Shown in pieces: positions 17,463 through 25,317 of a DNA stretch of 32,000 bases. Location: contig JBAXMQ010000009.1 in NCBI GenBank assembly GCA_037134215.1, positions 19,197 through 51,196 of the forward strand. The letters are read 5' to 3'. Below the pieces are notes generated by a model. It made no database searches. It saw nothing but the letters and a program-made list of their open reading frames with translations, and had not been told where the DNA came from. The stretch is from Betaproteobacteria bacterium (GTDB taxonomy: Bacteria; Pseudomonadota; Gammaproteobacteria; Burkholderiales; Burkholderiaceae_C). The position numbers and the translations under genes are program-made. Positions within the stretch are counted from its first letter, which is position 1. Each line of letters begins with the position of its first letter.

Positions 17463-17490
17463 GTTTATTTCAGGCAGTTTATTTCAGCCG
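17463..17490. repeat. Short tandem direct repeat (2 x about 14 nt, GTTTATTTCAG core)
   Basis: GTTTATTTCAG occurs at 17463-17473 and again at 17477-17487. The second copy contains the stop codon and the last codons of the oxidoreductase gene on the minus strand. Confidence 0.6.
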
Positions 17491-18393
17491 CTTGATGAGG
17501 CTGGACGTGTCCCAGCGCCGCCCGCCCATTTGCTGCACGTCGGCGTAGAACTGGTCCACCAAGGCCGTGACCGGCAAGCGTGCGCCGTTGCGCTTGGCCT
17601 CATCAAGGACCAAACCGAGATCCTTGCGCATCCAATCCACGGCAAAGCCGAACTCGAACTTGCCCGCCACCATGGTTTTGCCACGGTTGTCCATCTGCCA
17701 GCTCTGAGCCGCACCCTTGCCGATGACCTCCAACACCTGAACCATGTCCAGCCCCGCCTGTTCACCAAAAGCGATGGCTTCGCTCAAACCCTGTACCAGC
17801 CCAGCGATGCAGATCTGGTTGACCATCTTGGCCAGCTGGCCGGCGCCACTGGCGCCCAGCAGCGTGAACGCGCGTGAAAAAGCCATGGCCACGGGCTGGG
17901 CTGCATCAAAGGCCGCCTGATCGCCACCGCACATCACGGTCAGCAGCCCATTTTGGGCGCCCCCCTGGCCACCCGAGACCGGGGCATCGACAAAGTGCAG
18001 CCCCAGCGCTGTCGCCGCCGCAGACAGCTCGCGCGCCACGGTGGCCGAGGCTGTGGTGTGGTCTACGAAGACCGTCCCGCCGGCCATGCCAGCAAAGGCG
18101 CCATCCGCGCCCAGTGTCACACCGCGCAGGTCATCGTCGTTGCCGACACAGCAAAACACCAGGTCGGCGCCGCTGGCGGCCTCACGGGGTGTGGCAGCGT
18201 GTTTCAGGGTGCCAGGCCCCGTGAACTCTTGACACCATGCTACTGATTTAGAAGCAGTCCGGTTATAGACCGTGACATGATGCCCGGCCAGGGCGAGGTG
18301 CCCGGCCATGGGGTAGCCCATCACGCCCAGGCCAAGAAAGGCGACTTTGCGCGGCGCAGTAGCGTCATAGTTTTTGGGGTTCAGGCTGCTCAT
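17479..18393 (-). CDS. NAD(P)-dependent oxidoreductase, 3-hydroxyisobutyrate/6-phosphogluconate dehydrogenase-like family
   Basis: The start is placed at ATG 18393 (MSSLNPK...), 7 nt after the pilU stop, with AGGAA upstream. The Rossmann motif VAFLGLGVMGYPMAGHL is present, and the C-terminal domain is typical of the HIBADH family. Confidence 0.85.
   Translation of the reverse strand: MSSLNPKNYDATAPRKVAFLGLGVMGYPMAGHLALAGHHVTVYNRTASKSVAWCQEFTGPGTLKHAATPREAASGADLVFCCVGNDDDLRGVTLGADGAFAGMAGGTVFVDHTTASATVARELSAAATALGLHFVDAPVSGGQGGAQNGLLTVMCGGDQAAFDAAQPVAMAFSRAFTLLGASGAGQLAKMVNQICIAGLVQGLSEAIAFGEQAGLDMVQVLEVIGKGAAQSWQMDNRGKTMVAGKFEFGFAVDWMRKDLGLVLDEAKRNGARLPVTALVDQFYADVQQMGGRRWDTSSLIKRLK
18239..18256. 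repeat. Copy of the AT-rich motif GCT..T.AATCAGTAGCA (minus-strand sense), inside the oxidoreductase CDS
   Basis: The minus-strand reading GCTTCTAAATCAGTAGCA matches the putA copy at 31729-31746 at 15 of 18 positions by hand alignment, including the 11-nt exact run AATCAGTAGCA. Confidence 0.5.
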
Positions 18394-18400
18394 GGGTTCC

Positions 18401-19537
18401 TTAGACAATGGCAAAATTTTCGGTGCCGGCACCCAAATTCTGGGATCTGGCGCGCTGGCTGTTGAGTTTGATTTGCAGACGCAGGTCGTTCACCGAGTCG
18501 GCATTGCGTAGCGCATCTTCGTAGGTGATGGATTCGGCTTCAAAGGCATCGAACAAGGCCTGGTCAAAGGTCTGCATGCCCATGTTGCGGCTCTTCTTCA
18601 TGACCTCCTTGATTTCTGCCACTTCGCCCTTGAACACCAGATCGGAAATCAGGGGTGAGTTCAGCAAAACCTCGACGATGGCCGCGCGACCCTTGCCGCT
18701 TTGTTTGGGGACCAGCCGTTGCGAGATGATGGCCTTGAGGTTCAAAGACAAATCCATCAGCAACTGGGCCCGTCGCTCCTCAGGGAAAAAATTGATGATG
18801 CGGTCCAGCGCCTGGTTGGCACTGTTGGCGTGCAGGGTGGCCAGGCACATGTGGCCGGTTTCGGCGAAAGCCACCGCATGTTCCATGGTTTCGCGGTCGC
18901 GGATCTCGCCCATCAGGATCACATCGGGCGCCTGACGCAGCGTGTTCTTCAGCGCGGCATCCCAGTTGTCAGTGTCGAGGCCGACCTCGCGCTGAGTCAC
19001 CATGCAGTTTTTGTGCGGGTGCACGAACTCGATCGGGTCCTCGATCGTGATGATGTGGCCGTAGGACTGCTCATTGCGCCAGTCCACCATGGCCGCGAGC
19101 GTGGTGGATTTGCCAGAGCCGGTGGCGCCGACCAGGATGCAAAGACCGCGCTTGGCAATCACCACGTCCTTGAGCACCTGGGGCACACCCAAGCCATCGA
19201 TGGTGGGCACCGTGGTGGGAATGGCTCGCAGGACCATCCCCGCCTGGTTCTGTTGGACAAAGGCATTGACCCGAAAGCGACCGATGCCCACCGGAGAAAT
19301 CGCGAAATTGCACTCCTTGGTGGTCTCGAATTCGGCCGCCTGCCGGTCGCTCATGACCGCGCGCACCAGAGCGCCGGTCTGGGTGCCGTTGAGCCCGTCG
19401 GCCGAGAGCTTGGTCATTTTCCCGTCCACCTTGATGGCGGGCGGAAAGCCGGCCGTGATGAACATGTCACTGCTCTTGCGGCTGAGCATCAACTCCAGCA
19501 ATTGCCGGACGAAGTCGTAGGCCTGTGTCGTTTCCAT
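18401..19537 (-). CDS. pilU: PilU-type twitching-motility ATPase (PilT paralogue)
   Basis: AAGGAG lies 5 nt upstream of the ATG. The 378-aa product has Walker A GATGSGKSTTLA, DVILMGEIRD and TGHMCLATLHAN. It lacks the PilT AIRNLIRE motif. Confidence 0.9.
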   Translation of the reverse strand: METTQAYDFVRQLLELMLSRKSSDMFITAGFPPAIKVDGKMTKLSADGLNGTQTGALVRAVMSDRQAAEFETTKECNFAISPVGIGRFRVNAFVQQNQAGMVLRAIPTTVPTIDGLGVPQVLKDVVIAKRGLCILVGATGSGKSTTLAAMVDWRNEQSYGHIITIEDPIEFVHPHKNCMVTQREVGLDTDNWDAALKNTLRQAPDVILMGEIRDRETMEHAVAFAETGHMCLATLHANSANQALDRIINFFPEERRAQLLMDLSLNLKAIISQRLVPKQSGKGRAAIVEVLLNSPLISDLVFKGEVAEIKEVMKKSRNMGMQTFDQALFDAFEAESITYEDALRNADSVNDLRLQIKLNSQRARSQNLGAGTENFAIV

Positions 19538-19558
19538 AGCATCTCCTTCGGGTTGCGT

Positions 19559-20188
19559 TCAGACTCGGTCACTGAGGCGGGCGCCCACCACCCGCAGGCG
19601 CAGAGACATCTTGCGCGCCAGCAGTGACATGAGTCCGGCAACCAGTTCGGAATCATTCGCCAGCATGCGATTCATGGCGTCGGCTGTCAGCACCGCCAGT
19701 TCGCACCGGCTGCGCGTGACACAGCTGGAGAACCGCACACCGCTGTCGAGCAGCGACATTTCACCCAGCATCTCGCCGGGCACCACCTCGGCCAGGCGCA
19801 GGCGTTCGCCCCACGATTGCGTGCGCTCCACGGCGACCCGGCCCGTCAACAACACCACCATGTAGTCGCCATGCTCATCCTGGCGGATGATTTCCTGATC
19901 GGGCGGTACAAGGGAAAAATTCAGGAAATCCTTCATGCGCCCGATGGTCCGCTGGTTGAGCTGACCCATGTGTTTGTCCATGCCCCACAAGGCCTGCAAC
20001 TGACCCATGCCCACGCCCGCATTCATCGGCTCAGCGCCGATGTCGATGGCCCGGGCTTCCCAGGGGACCGCACGCCGGTTATCGGCCGCGAGTGGGTCCA
20101 GCGCGGTGCCGAACAGCCGCTGAACCACGGGCTCTTCCTTGGCCTGAAGTCCGAGTTTTTCGCCGATCTGACGGAGGATCTCTTTCAT
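19559..20188 (-). CDS. Cyclic nucleotide-binding (CAP_ED) domain protein with an unassigned roughly 85-aa N-terminal region
   Basis: The 209-aa product shows the beta-roll pattern IIRQDEHGDYMVVLLTGRVAV...VPGEMLGEMSLLDSGVRFSSCV. The gene lies 25 nt after the pilT stop and 21 nt before the pilU start, with GGAG upstream of its ATG. Confidence 0.8.
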   Translation of the reverse strand: MKEILRQIGEKLGLQAKEEPVVQRLFGTALDPLAADNRRAVPWEARAIDIGAEPMNAGVGMGQLQALWGMDKHMGQLNQRTIGRMKDFLNFSLVPPDQEIIRQDEHGDYMVVLLTGRVAVERTQSWGERLRLAEVVPGEMLGEMSLLDSGVRFSSCVTRSRCELAVLTADAMNRMLANDSELVAGLMSLLARKMSLRLRVVGARLSDRV

Positions 20189-20213
20189 GTCGCGCTCCAG
20201 TGCAGTCGGGGCT

Positions 20214-21257
20214 TCAGCCCGGGAAATTCTCGGGAATCTTGGCCTTGGTTCGGGCTTCGGCCGGGCTGATCACATTGCGTTTGACCAAATCGGTCAGGTT
20301 TTGGTCCAGCGTCTGCATGCCCACGCTGTTGCCGGTCTGGATGCTGGAGTACATCTGCGCCACCTTGGCCTCCCGGATCAGGTTGCGGATGGCGTTGGTG
20401 CCCAACATGATCTCGTGCGCCGCCACCCGGCCCTGACCGTCCTTGGTCTTGCACAGCGTCTGCGAGATCACCGCCTGCAGTGACTCGGACAGCATGGCAC
20501 GCACCATTTCCTTCTCTTCGGCAGGAAAGACGTCAATGATCCGGTCGATGGTCTTGGCGGCGCTCGAGGTGTGCAGTGTGCCAAACACCAGGTGGCCGGT
20601 TTCTGCGGCCGTCATGGCCAGCCGGATGGTCTCGAGGTCGCGCATCTCGCCCACCAGGATCGCGTCCGGGTCTTCGCGCAGCGCTGAGCGCAGGGCCGAG
20701 GCAAAGCTCAGGGTGTGCGGGCCGACCTCGCGCTGGTTGATCAGGCACTTTTTCGATTCGTGCACGAACTCGATCGGGTCTTCCACCGTCAGGATGTGGC
20801 CGTATTCGTTTTCGTTGAGGTAGTTCACCATGGCCGCCAGGGTGGTCGATTTGCCCGAGCCGGTCGGGCCGGTGACCAGCACCATGCCACGCGGCTTGAG
20901 CGCGAGTTCGGCAAAGATCTTGGGGGCGTTGAGCTGTTCCAGCGACAAGATCTTGCTCGGGATGGTGCGCAGCACCGCGCCGGCACCGCGTTGGTGGTTG
21001 AACGCATTGACCCGGAACCGGGCCAGCCCCGGAATCTCGAAGGAAAAGTCAATTTCCAGAAATTCCTCGTAGTGCTTGCGTTGCGAATCGTTCATGATGT
21101 CGTACACCATGGCGTGGACCTGCTTGTGGTCCAGCGCCTCGACATTGAGTCGGCGCACGTCGCCATGGACCCGGATCATGGGCGGCAGCCCGGACGACAG
21201 GTGCAGGTCGGAGGCCTTGTTCTTGACGCTGAAGTCCAGCAGCTGGGTGATGTCCAC
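20214..21257 (-). CDS. pilT: PilT twitching-motility retraction ATPase
   Basis: The 347-aa product has MDITQLL...ASDLHLSSG, Walker A GPTGSGKSTTLA, DAILVGEMRD, TGHLVFGTLHT and the PilT-specific AIRNLIRE motif. Confidence 0.95.
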   Translation of the reverse strand: MDITQLLDFSVKNKASDLHLSSGLPPMIRVHGDVRRLNVEALDHKQVHAMVYDIMNDSQRKHYEEFLEIDFSFEIPGLARFRVNAFNHQRGAGAVLRTIPSKILSLEQLNAPKIFAELALKPRGMVLVTGPTGSGKSTTLAAMVNYLNENEYGHILTVEDPIEFVHESKKCLINQREVGPHTLSFASALRSALREDPDAILVGEMRDLETIRLAMTAAETGHLVFGTLHTSSAAKTIDRIIDVFPAEEKEMVRAMLSESLQAVISQTLCKTKDGQGRVAAHEIMLGTNAIRNLIREAKVAQMYSSIQTGNSVGMQTLDQNLTDLVKRNVISPAEARTKAKIPENFPG

Positions 21258-21293
21258 GGTGGTCCCTGTCCTTTGTTACGCTTGAGCTCAATT

Positions 21294-21992
21294 ATGACGA
21301 TGATTCAGACCCAACTCCAACGCGTTCATGGCCGTATCGTGGCGGCTTGCCAGGCCGCCGGCCGGGACCCGGCCGCCGTCAGCCTGCTGGCTGTGTCCAA
21401 GACCTTTGGCCCCGAGGCGGTGCAAGCGGCCTGGGCGGTTGGCCAGACCGCGTTTGGTGAGAACTACATCCAGGAAGCGGTGCAGAAAATCACCACGCTG
21501 CGCCAGCACCCGCTGTCCGACCAGCCGCCGCTGCAATGGCACTGCATCGGCCCGATCCAGAGTAACAAGACCCGGCTGGTGGCCGAGCATTTTGATTGGG
21601 TGCACACGGTGGACCGGCTCAAGATCGCCGAGCGGCTGAGCGAGCAGCGGCCCGCCGATCTGGCGCCGCTGCAGGTCTGTATCCAGGTCAATGTGGATGG
21701 CGGTGAGACCAAGTCGGGCGTGTTGCCGCAGGACGCGCTGGCGCTGGCGCAGCAGGTGGCAGCGCTGCCTGGCCTGCGTCTGCGCGGGCTCATGAGCATT
21801 CCTGAGCCCGCTCCTGATTTCGTAGCTGCTGTCCAAGTATTCACAAGGGTTAGCACGGTTTTCGATGCCCTGAACGCAGAGGGTTTGGCGCTGGACACGC
21901 TGTCGATGGGCATGAGCGCCGACCTGGAAGCGGCCATTCATGCCGGCAGCACCCTGGTGCGGGTGGGCAGTGCCATTTTTGGTGCGCGCTGA
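21294..21992 (+). CDS. yggS: YggS-family pyridoxal-phosphate homeostasis protein
   Basis: The start is placed at ATG 21294. The part of the ORF upstream of this is antisense to pilT. LLAVSKT (PLP lysine), FGENYIQE, WHCIGPIQSNK and LSMGMS..DLEAAI...VRVGSAIFG are present. The gene is divergent from pilT, as in P. aeruginosa. Confidence 0.9.
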   Translation: MTMIQTQLQRVHGRIVAACQAAGRDPAAVSLLAVSKTFGPEAVQAAWAVGQTAFGENYIQEAVQKITTLRQHPLSDQPPLQWHCIGPIQSNKTRLVAEHFDWVHTVDRLKIAERLSEQRPADLAPLQVCIQVNVDGGETKSGVLPQDALALAQQVAALPGLRLRGLMSIPEPAPDFVAAVQVFTRVSTVFDALNAEGLALDTLSMGMSADLEAAIHAGSTLVRVGSAIFGAR

Positions 21993-21999
21993 GCAAGAC

Positions 22000-22881
22000 A
22001 TGACACCCAAAGACATCGTGCGCGCGGCCCTGGTGCCTGTTTGCTGGGGCTTCGGCTACACCATGGCCAAGCCGGCGATTGATCACTTTCCGCCCTTGTT
22101 CATGGTCGGCATCACCTACCTGGCCAATTTTTTGGTGATCAATGCCCTGTGGCCGTCCCGGCCATCGACGCCGCACTGGCACGTGATGCTGATCACCAGC
22201 TGCGTGGTCACCATCCAGGCGGCGCTGGGCTTTTACGGTTACCGGCATGTGTCCGCCAGCCTGGCGATCTTGGTGGTGCAGGTCCAGGTGCCGATTGCCG
22301 TGCTGTTTGGCTGGTGGCTCTTGAAGGAGGACCTCAGCCCGGCGCGCGCTGTCGGCATTGCAGTCGCCTTTGCCGGCGTGGCGCTGGTGGTCGGCCTACC
22401 GACCCAATCGCCGCCCTGGCTGCCCGTGGCCATGCTGCTCACCGGTGCGGGCGTCTGGGGGTTCGGCCAGGTGCTGGTGAAAAAGCTCAGCCGCGATACC
22501 GGGCTGCCGCTGCTGCGCGCCATCTCGCTGCATGCGGTGCCCCAGTGCCTGCTGGCCAGTCTGCTGCTGGAGGGTGGCCAATGGGAGGCGGTCCGTACCG
22601 CCAACGGCCTGCAGTGGACCGGCTTTCTGGTATTCAGCACGGTGGGCTTTTTTTGCGGCTATGTGCTGTGGTACTCGGTGCTGTCGCGCAACCGCATTGA
22701 CGAGGTCACGCCCTATGTTTTGCTGATGCCGGTGGTCGGCGTGTTTGCCGCCGTGCTGGTCTTGGGCGAGGCGCTGACCGCCCCTAACCTGATCGGCGGT
22801 GCCATTGTGATTCTGGGCGTGGCCATTGTCTCGGGCCTGCGGCTACCGCGCATGTTGGCGGCCAAGCCGCCGTCGGGCTGA
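22000..22881 (+). CDS. EamA/DMT-superfamily transporter
   Basis: The 293-aa product is predicted to have about 10 TM helices, with two EamA-like halves. Confidence 0.85.
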   Translation: MTPKDIVRAALVPVCWGFGYTMAKPAIDHFPPLFMVGITYLANFLVINALWPSRPSTPHWHVMLITSCVVTIQAALGFYGYRHVSASLAILVVQVQVPIAVLFGWWLLKEDLSPARAVGIAVAFAGVALVVGLPTQSPPWLPVAMLLTGAGVWGFGQVLVKKLSRDTGLPLLRAISLHAVPQCLLASLLLEGGQWEAVRTANGLQWTGFLVFSTVGFFCGYVLWYSVLSRNRIDEVTPYVLLMPVVGVFAAVLVLGEALTAPNLIGGAIVILGVAIVSGLRLPRMLAAKPPSG

Positions 22882-22945
22882 CGGGCTGTGATGGCGCGCC
22901 CGGCAGTCCGATCGGCTATGCTCATCGGCGCCGTCCCTCAAGTCC

Positions 22946-24007
22946 TTGCCTGTGAGTTCGCCCGATTCCCAACCCGCCACCGATCCCGCCCAACTGCTGG
23001 CGCTGCTGCGCACGCAGGGACTGCCGCAGGCCCGTGCGGTGCAGCACCTCAGCGGTGAGCGCGACCTGAACTTTCTGGTGACACTGGACGGCTCGCCCGA
23101 CCGTTTTGTCCTCAAGCTCAGTGACACGCTGGAGAACCCCTTGGCACTGGCTTTGCAGAATGCGACCCTCCACCATTTGGCGCTGAAGGCGCCGCAGCTG
23201 CCGGTGCAGCGCCTGCAGCGCTGGCGCGACGGGGCCGACATGCTGGCCCTGCCGGGTCCGCGGGGCCAGCGCTTTGCCCGGCTGCTGACCTACCTGCCCG
23301 GTCTGCCGCTGCATGAGGCACCCTCCAGCGCCGCACAGCGCGGTGCCATCGGTGCCGCCTTGGCAAGCCTGGACCGGGCCTTGCAGGATTTTCAGCACCC
23401 AATCGTCAGCAATGAAGCCCTGATGTGGGACCTGCAGCGCACGGCCGAATTGCGGGCCTGGTTGCCGGCGATCCAGGATGCCACCTCGCGCAGCTGGGCC
23501 GACACCGTCTTCGGCCTTTACCTGCAACAGGTGCAGCCGGTACTGGCCACGCTGCCGCAGCAGTTTCTGCACAACGATTTCAACCCCTACAACCTGCTGG
23601 TGAACCCGACGCAGCCCGACCAGGTGTGCGGCGTGCTGGACTTTGGCGACATGCTGCATGGCCCACGCGTGTTCGATGTGGCGGTGGCCGCCTCCTACCA
23701 GTGCCATGCGATGGGTCAGCCGCGCATCGAGGGCCTGTTCGAGTTCATGCAGGGCTACCAGCCGGCCAATACGCTCTCCCTGCCAGAGTTGCGCTGGCTC
23801 CCGCTGCTGGCTGCCGTGCGCTGCGCCATCACCCTGTGCATCACCGAACGGCGTGCCCAGACCTTTCCTGAGAATCGCGCCTACATCCTGCGCAACCACA
23901 CCGTGGCCAGTGCCGGCTTGCGCGCCCTGATGGCCTTTGGCCTGCCCGCTGCGGCCGAGCGGCTGCTCAACTTATGGCCGCCGCAGGCCGGCCACCCAAC
24001 CCCATGA
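22946..24007 (+). CDS. APH-family phosphotransferase (homoserine kinase type II / hydroxylysine-kinase-like)
   Basis: ERDLNFLV, the catalytic loop HNDFNPYNLLV and the metal-binding VLDFGD are present. The first codon is TTG at 22946, so the start is uncertain. Confidence 0.8.
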   Translation: MPVSSPDSQPATDPAQLLALLRTQGLPQARAVQHLSGERDLNFLVTLDGSPDRFVLKLSDTLENPLALALQNATLHHLALKAPQLPVQRLQRWRDGADMLALPGPRGQRFARLLTYLPGLPLHEAPSSAAQRGAIGAALASLDRALQDFQHPIVSNEALMWDLQRTAELRAWLPAIQDATSRSWADTVFGLYLQQVQPVLATLPQQFLHNDFNPYNLLVNPTQPDQVCGVLDFGDMLHGPRVFDVAVAASYQCHAMGQPRIEGLFEFMQGYQPANTLSLPELRWLPLLAAVRCAITLCITERRAQTFPENRAYILRNHTVASAGLRALMAFGLPAAAERLLNLWPPQAGHPTP

Positions 24008-25317
24008 AAACCATCAACGCCTTTGACCCGGCCACGCTGAACGCGCTTCCCGAGCGGCGGCAGGCCCTGATCCGCCGGCGCGAGGCGCTGCTTGGGCCGG
24101 CCTACCGCCTGTTCTACCAGGACCCGGTGGAGTTGGTGCGCGGCCAGGGCGTATGGGTGTGGGACGCCGAGGGCAAACGTTACCTGGACGCCTACAACAA
24201 CGTGGTGTCCCTGGGGCACTGCCACCCGCACGTGGTGCGGGCCCTGCAAGAGCAGGCCGCCACGCTCAACACGCACACTCGTTACCTCAACGAGGCGCTG
24301 CTGGACTATGCCGAGCGCCTGCTGGCCACGCACCACCCCAGCCTGGACCGTCTCATGTTCACCTGCACCGGCAGCGAGGCCAATGACCTGGCGCTGCGGC
24401 TGGCGCAGTTCCACACCGGTGGCAGCGGTGTCATCGTGACGGATTGGGCTTACCACGGTGTCACGCAGAGCACGGCCGCCTGCTCGCCCTCCCTGGGGGC
24501 ATCTGACGCCGGTCCACTGAGGGTGTACACCGTGCCGGCCCCCAGCGGTGATGGCGACGGTGTGGGCGTGGCCTTTGCCGCTGGCATTGAGCAGGCCATC
24601 CTGCGGATGCAGGCCGACGGCGTGCGCCCGGCCGCGTTGCTGGTCGATACCCTGTTCACCAGCGACGGCGTGTACGGTGCGCCAGCGGGTTTTCTGCAAG
24701 CGGCGGTGGCCTGTGCCCGCGCCGCTGGCCTGCTGGTGATTGCCGACGAGGTGCAACCCGGCTTCGGCCGCACCGGCAGCCACATGTGGGGCTACCAGCG
24801 CCATGGCCTTGCGCCCGATCTGGTCACCATGGGCAAACCCATGGGCAACGGTCACCCCCTGGCCGGCCTGTGTGCCCGGCAGGACCTGCTGGACGCGTTT
24901 GGTCGCGAGACGCGCTACTTCAACACCTTTGGCGGCAACACGGTGAGTGCGGCGGTGGGCATGGCGGTGCTGGACGTGCTCGAAGGCGAGCTGTTGCTGG
25001 AGAACGCCCAGACCCAGGGCGCTTACTTCAAGCAGAGCCTGCAGGCGCTGGCCCGGCGCCACGCCTGGATGGGTGAGGTGCGCCAGTTCGGGCTGTTCCT
25101 GGGTGTGGCGCTGGTGCACGACGGCGACCCGGCCCGTCCGGCGGCTGAGGCCACCACCCGGGTGGTGAACGGCATGAAAGCCCGTGGCGTGCTCATCAGC
25201 GCCTGCAGCCGAACCGCCAATGTGCTCAAAATCCGTCCGCCGCTGGTGCTGGAGCGCGGCCATGTGGACATGTTTATGGAGGCTCTGGAGGACTGTCTGG
25301 GGGGCTTGACACGCTGA
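24004..25317 (+). CDS. Class III PLP-dependent aminotransferase-fold enzyme (possible phospho-lyase partner of the upstream kinase)
   Basis: The start overlaps the kinase stop (ATGA). GVWVWDAEGKRYLD, TGSEANDLALR, IADEVQPGFGRTG and the PLP-lysine context VTMGKPMGNGHP are present. Confidence 0.9.
   Translation: MKTINAFDPATLNALPERRQALIRRREALLGPAYRLFYQDPVELVRGQGVWVWDAEGKRYLDAYNNVVSLGHCHPHVVRALQEQAATLNTHTRYLNEALLDYAERLLATHHPSLDRLMFTCTGSEANDLALRLAQFHTGGSGVIVTDWAYHGVTQSTAACSPSLGASDAGPLRVYTVPAPSGDGDGVGVAFAAGIEQAILRMQADGVRPAALLVDTLFTSDGVYGAPAGFLQAAVACARAAGLLVIADEVQPGFGRTGSHMWGYQRHGLAPDLVTMGKPMGNGHPLAGLCARQDLLDAFGRETRYFNTFGGNTVSAAVGMAVLDVLEGELLLENAQTQGAYFKQSLQALARRHAWMGEVRQFGLFLGVALVHDGDPARPAAEATTRVVNGMKARGVLISACSRTANVLKIRPPLVLERGHVDMFMEALEDCLGGLTR

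Noticed and set aside
20715-21293. The 5' part of the 425-aa plus-strand ORF that ends as yggS
   Set aside because: The YggS homology begins at ATG 21294. The upstream 193 codons are antisense to pilT and show no homology pattern, so the ORF is an artefactual N-terminal extension.
23881-25263. 460-aa minus-strand ORF; also 22922-23899 (325 aa)
   Set aside because: Both are antisense to the aminotransferase and kinase genes, which carry clear PLP-lysine and APH catalytic motifs. Both translations are Arg/Gly/His-rich low complexity.
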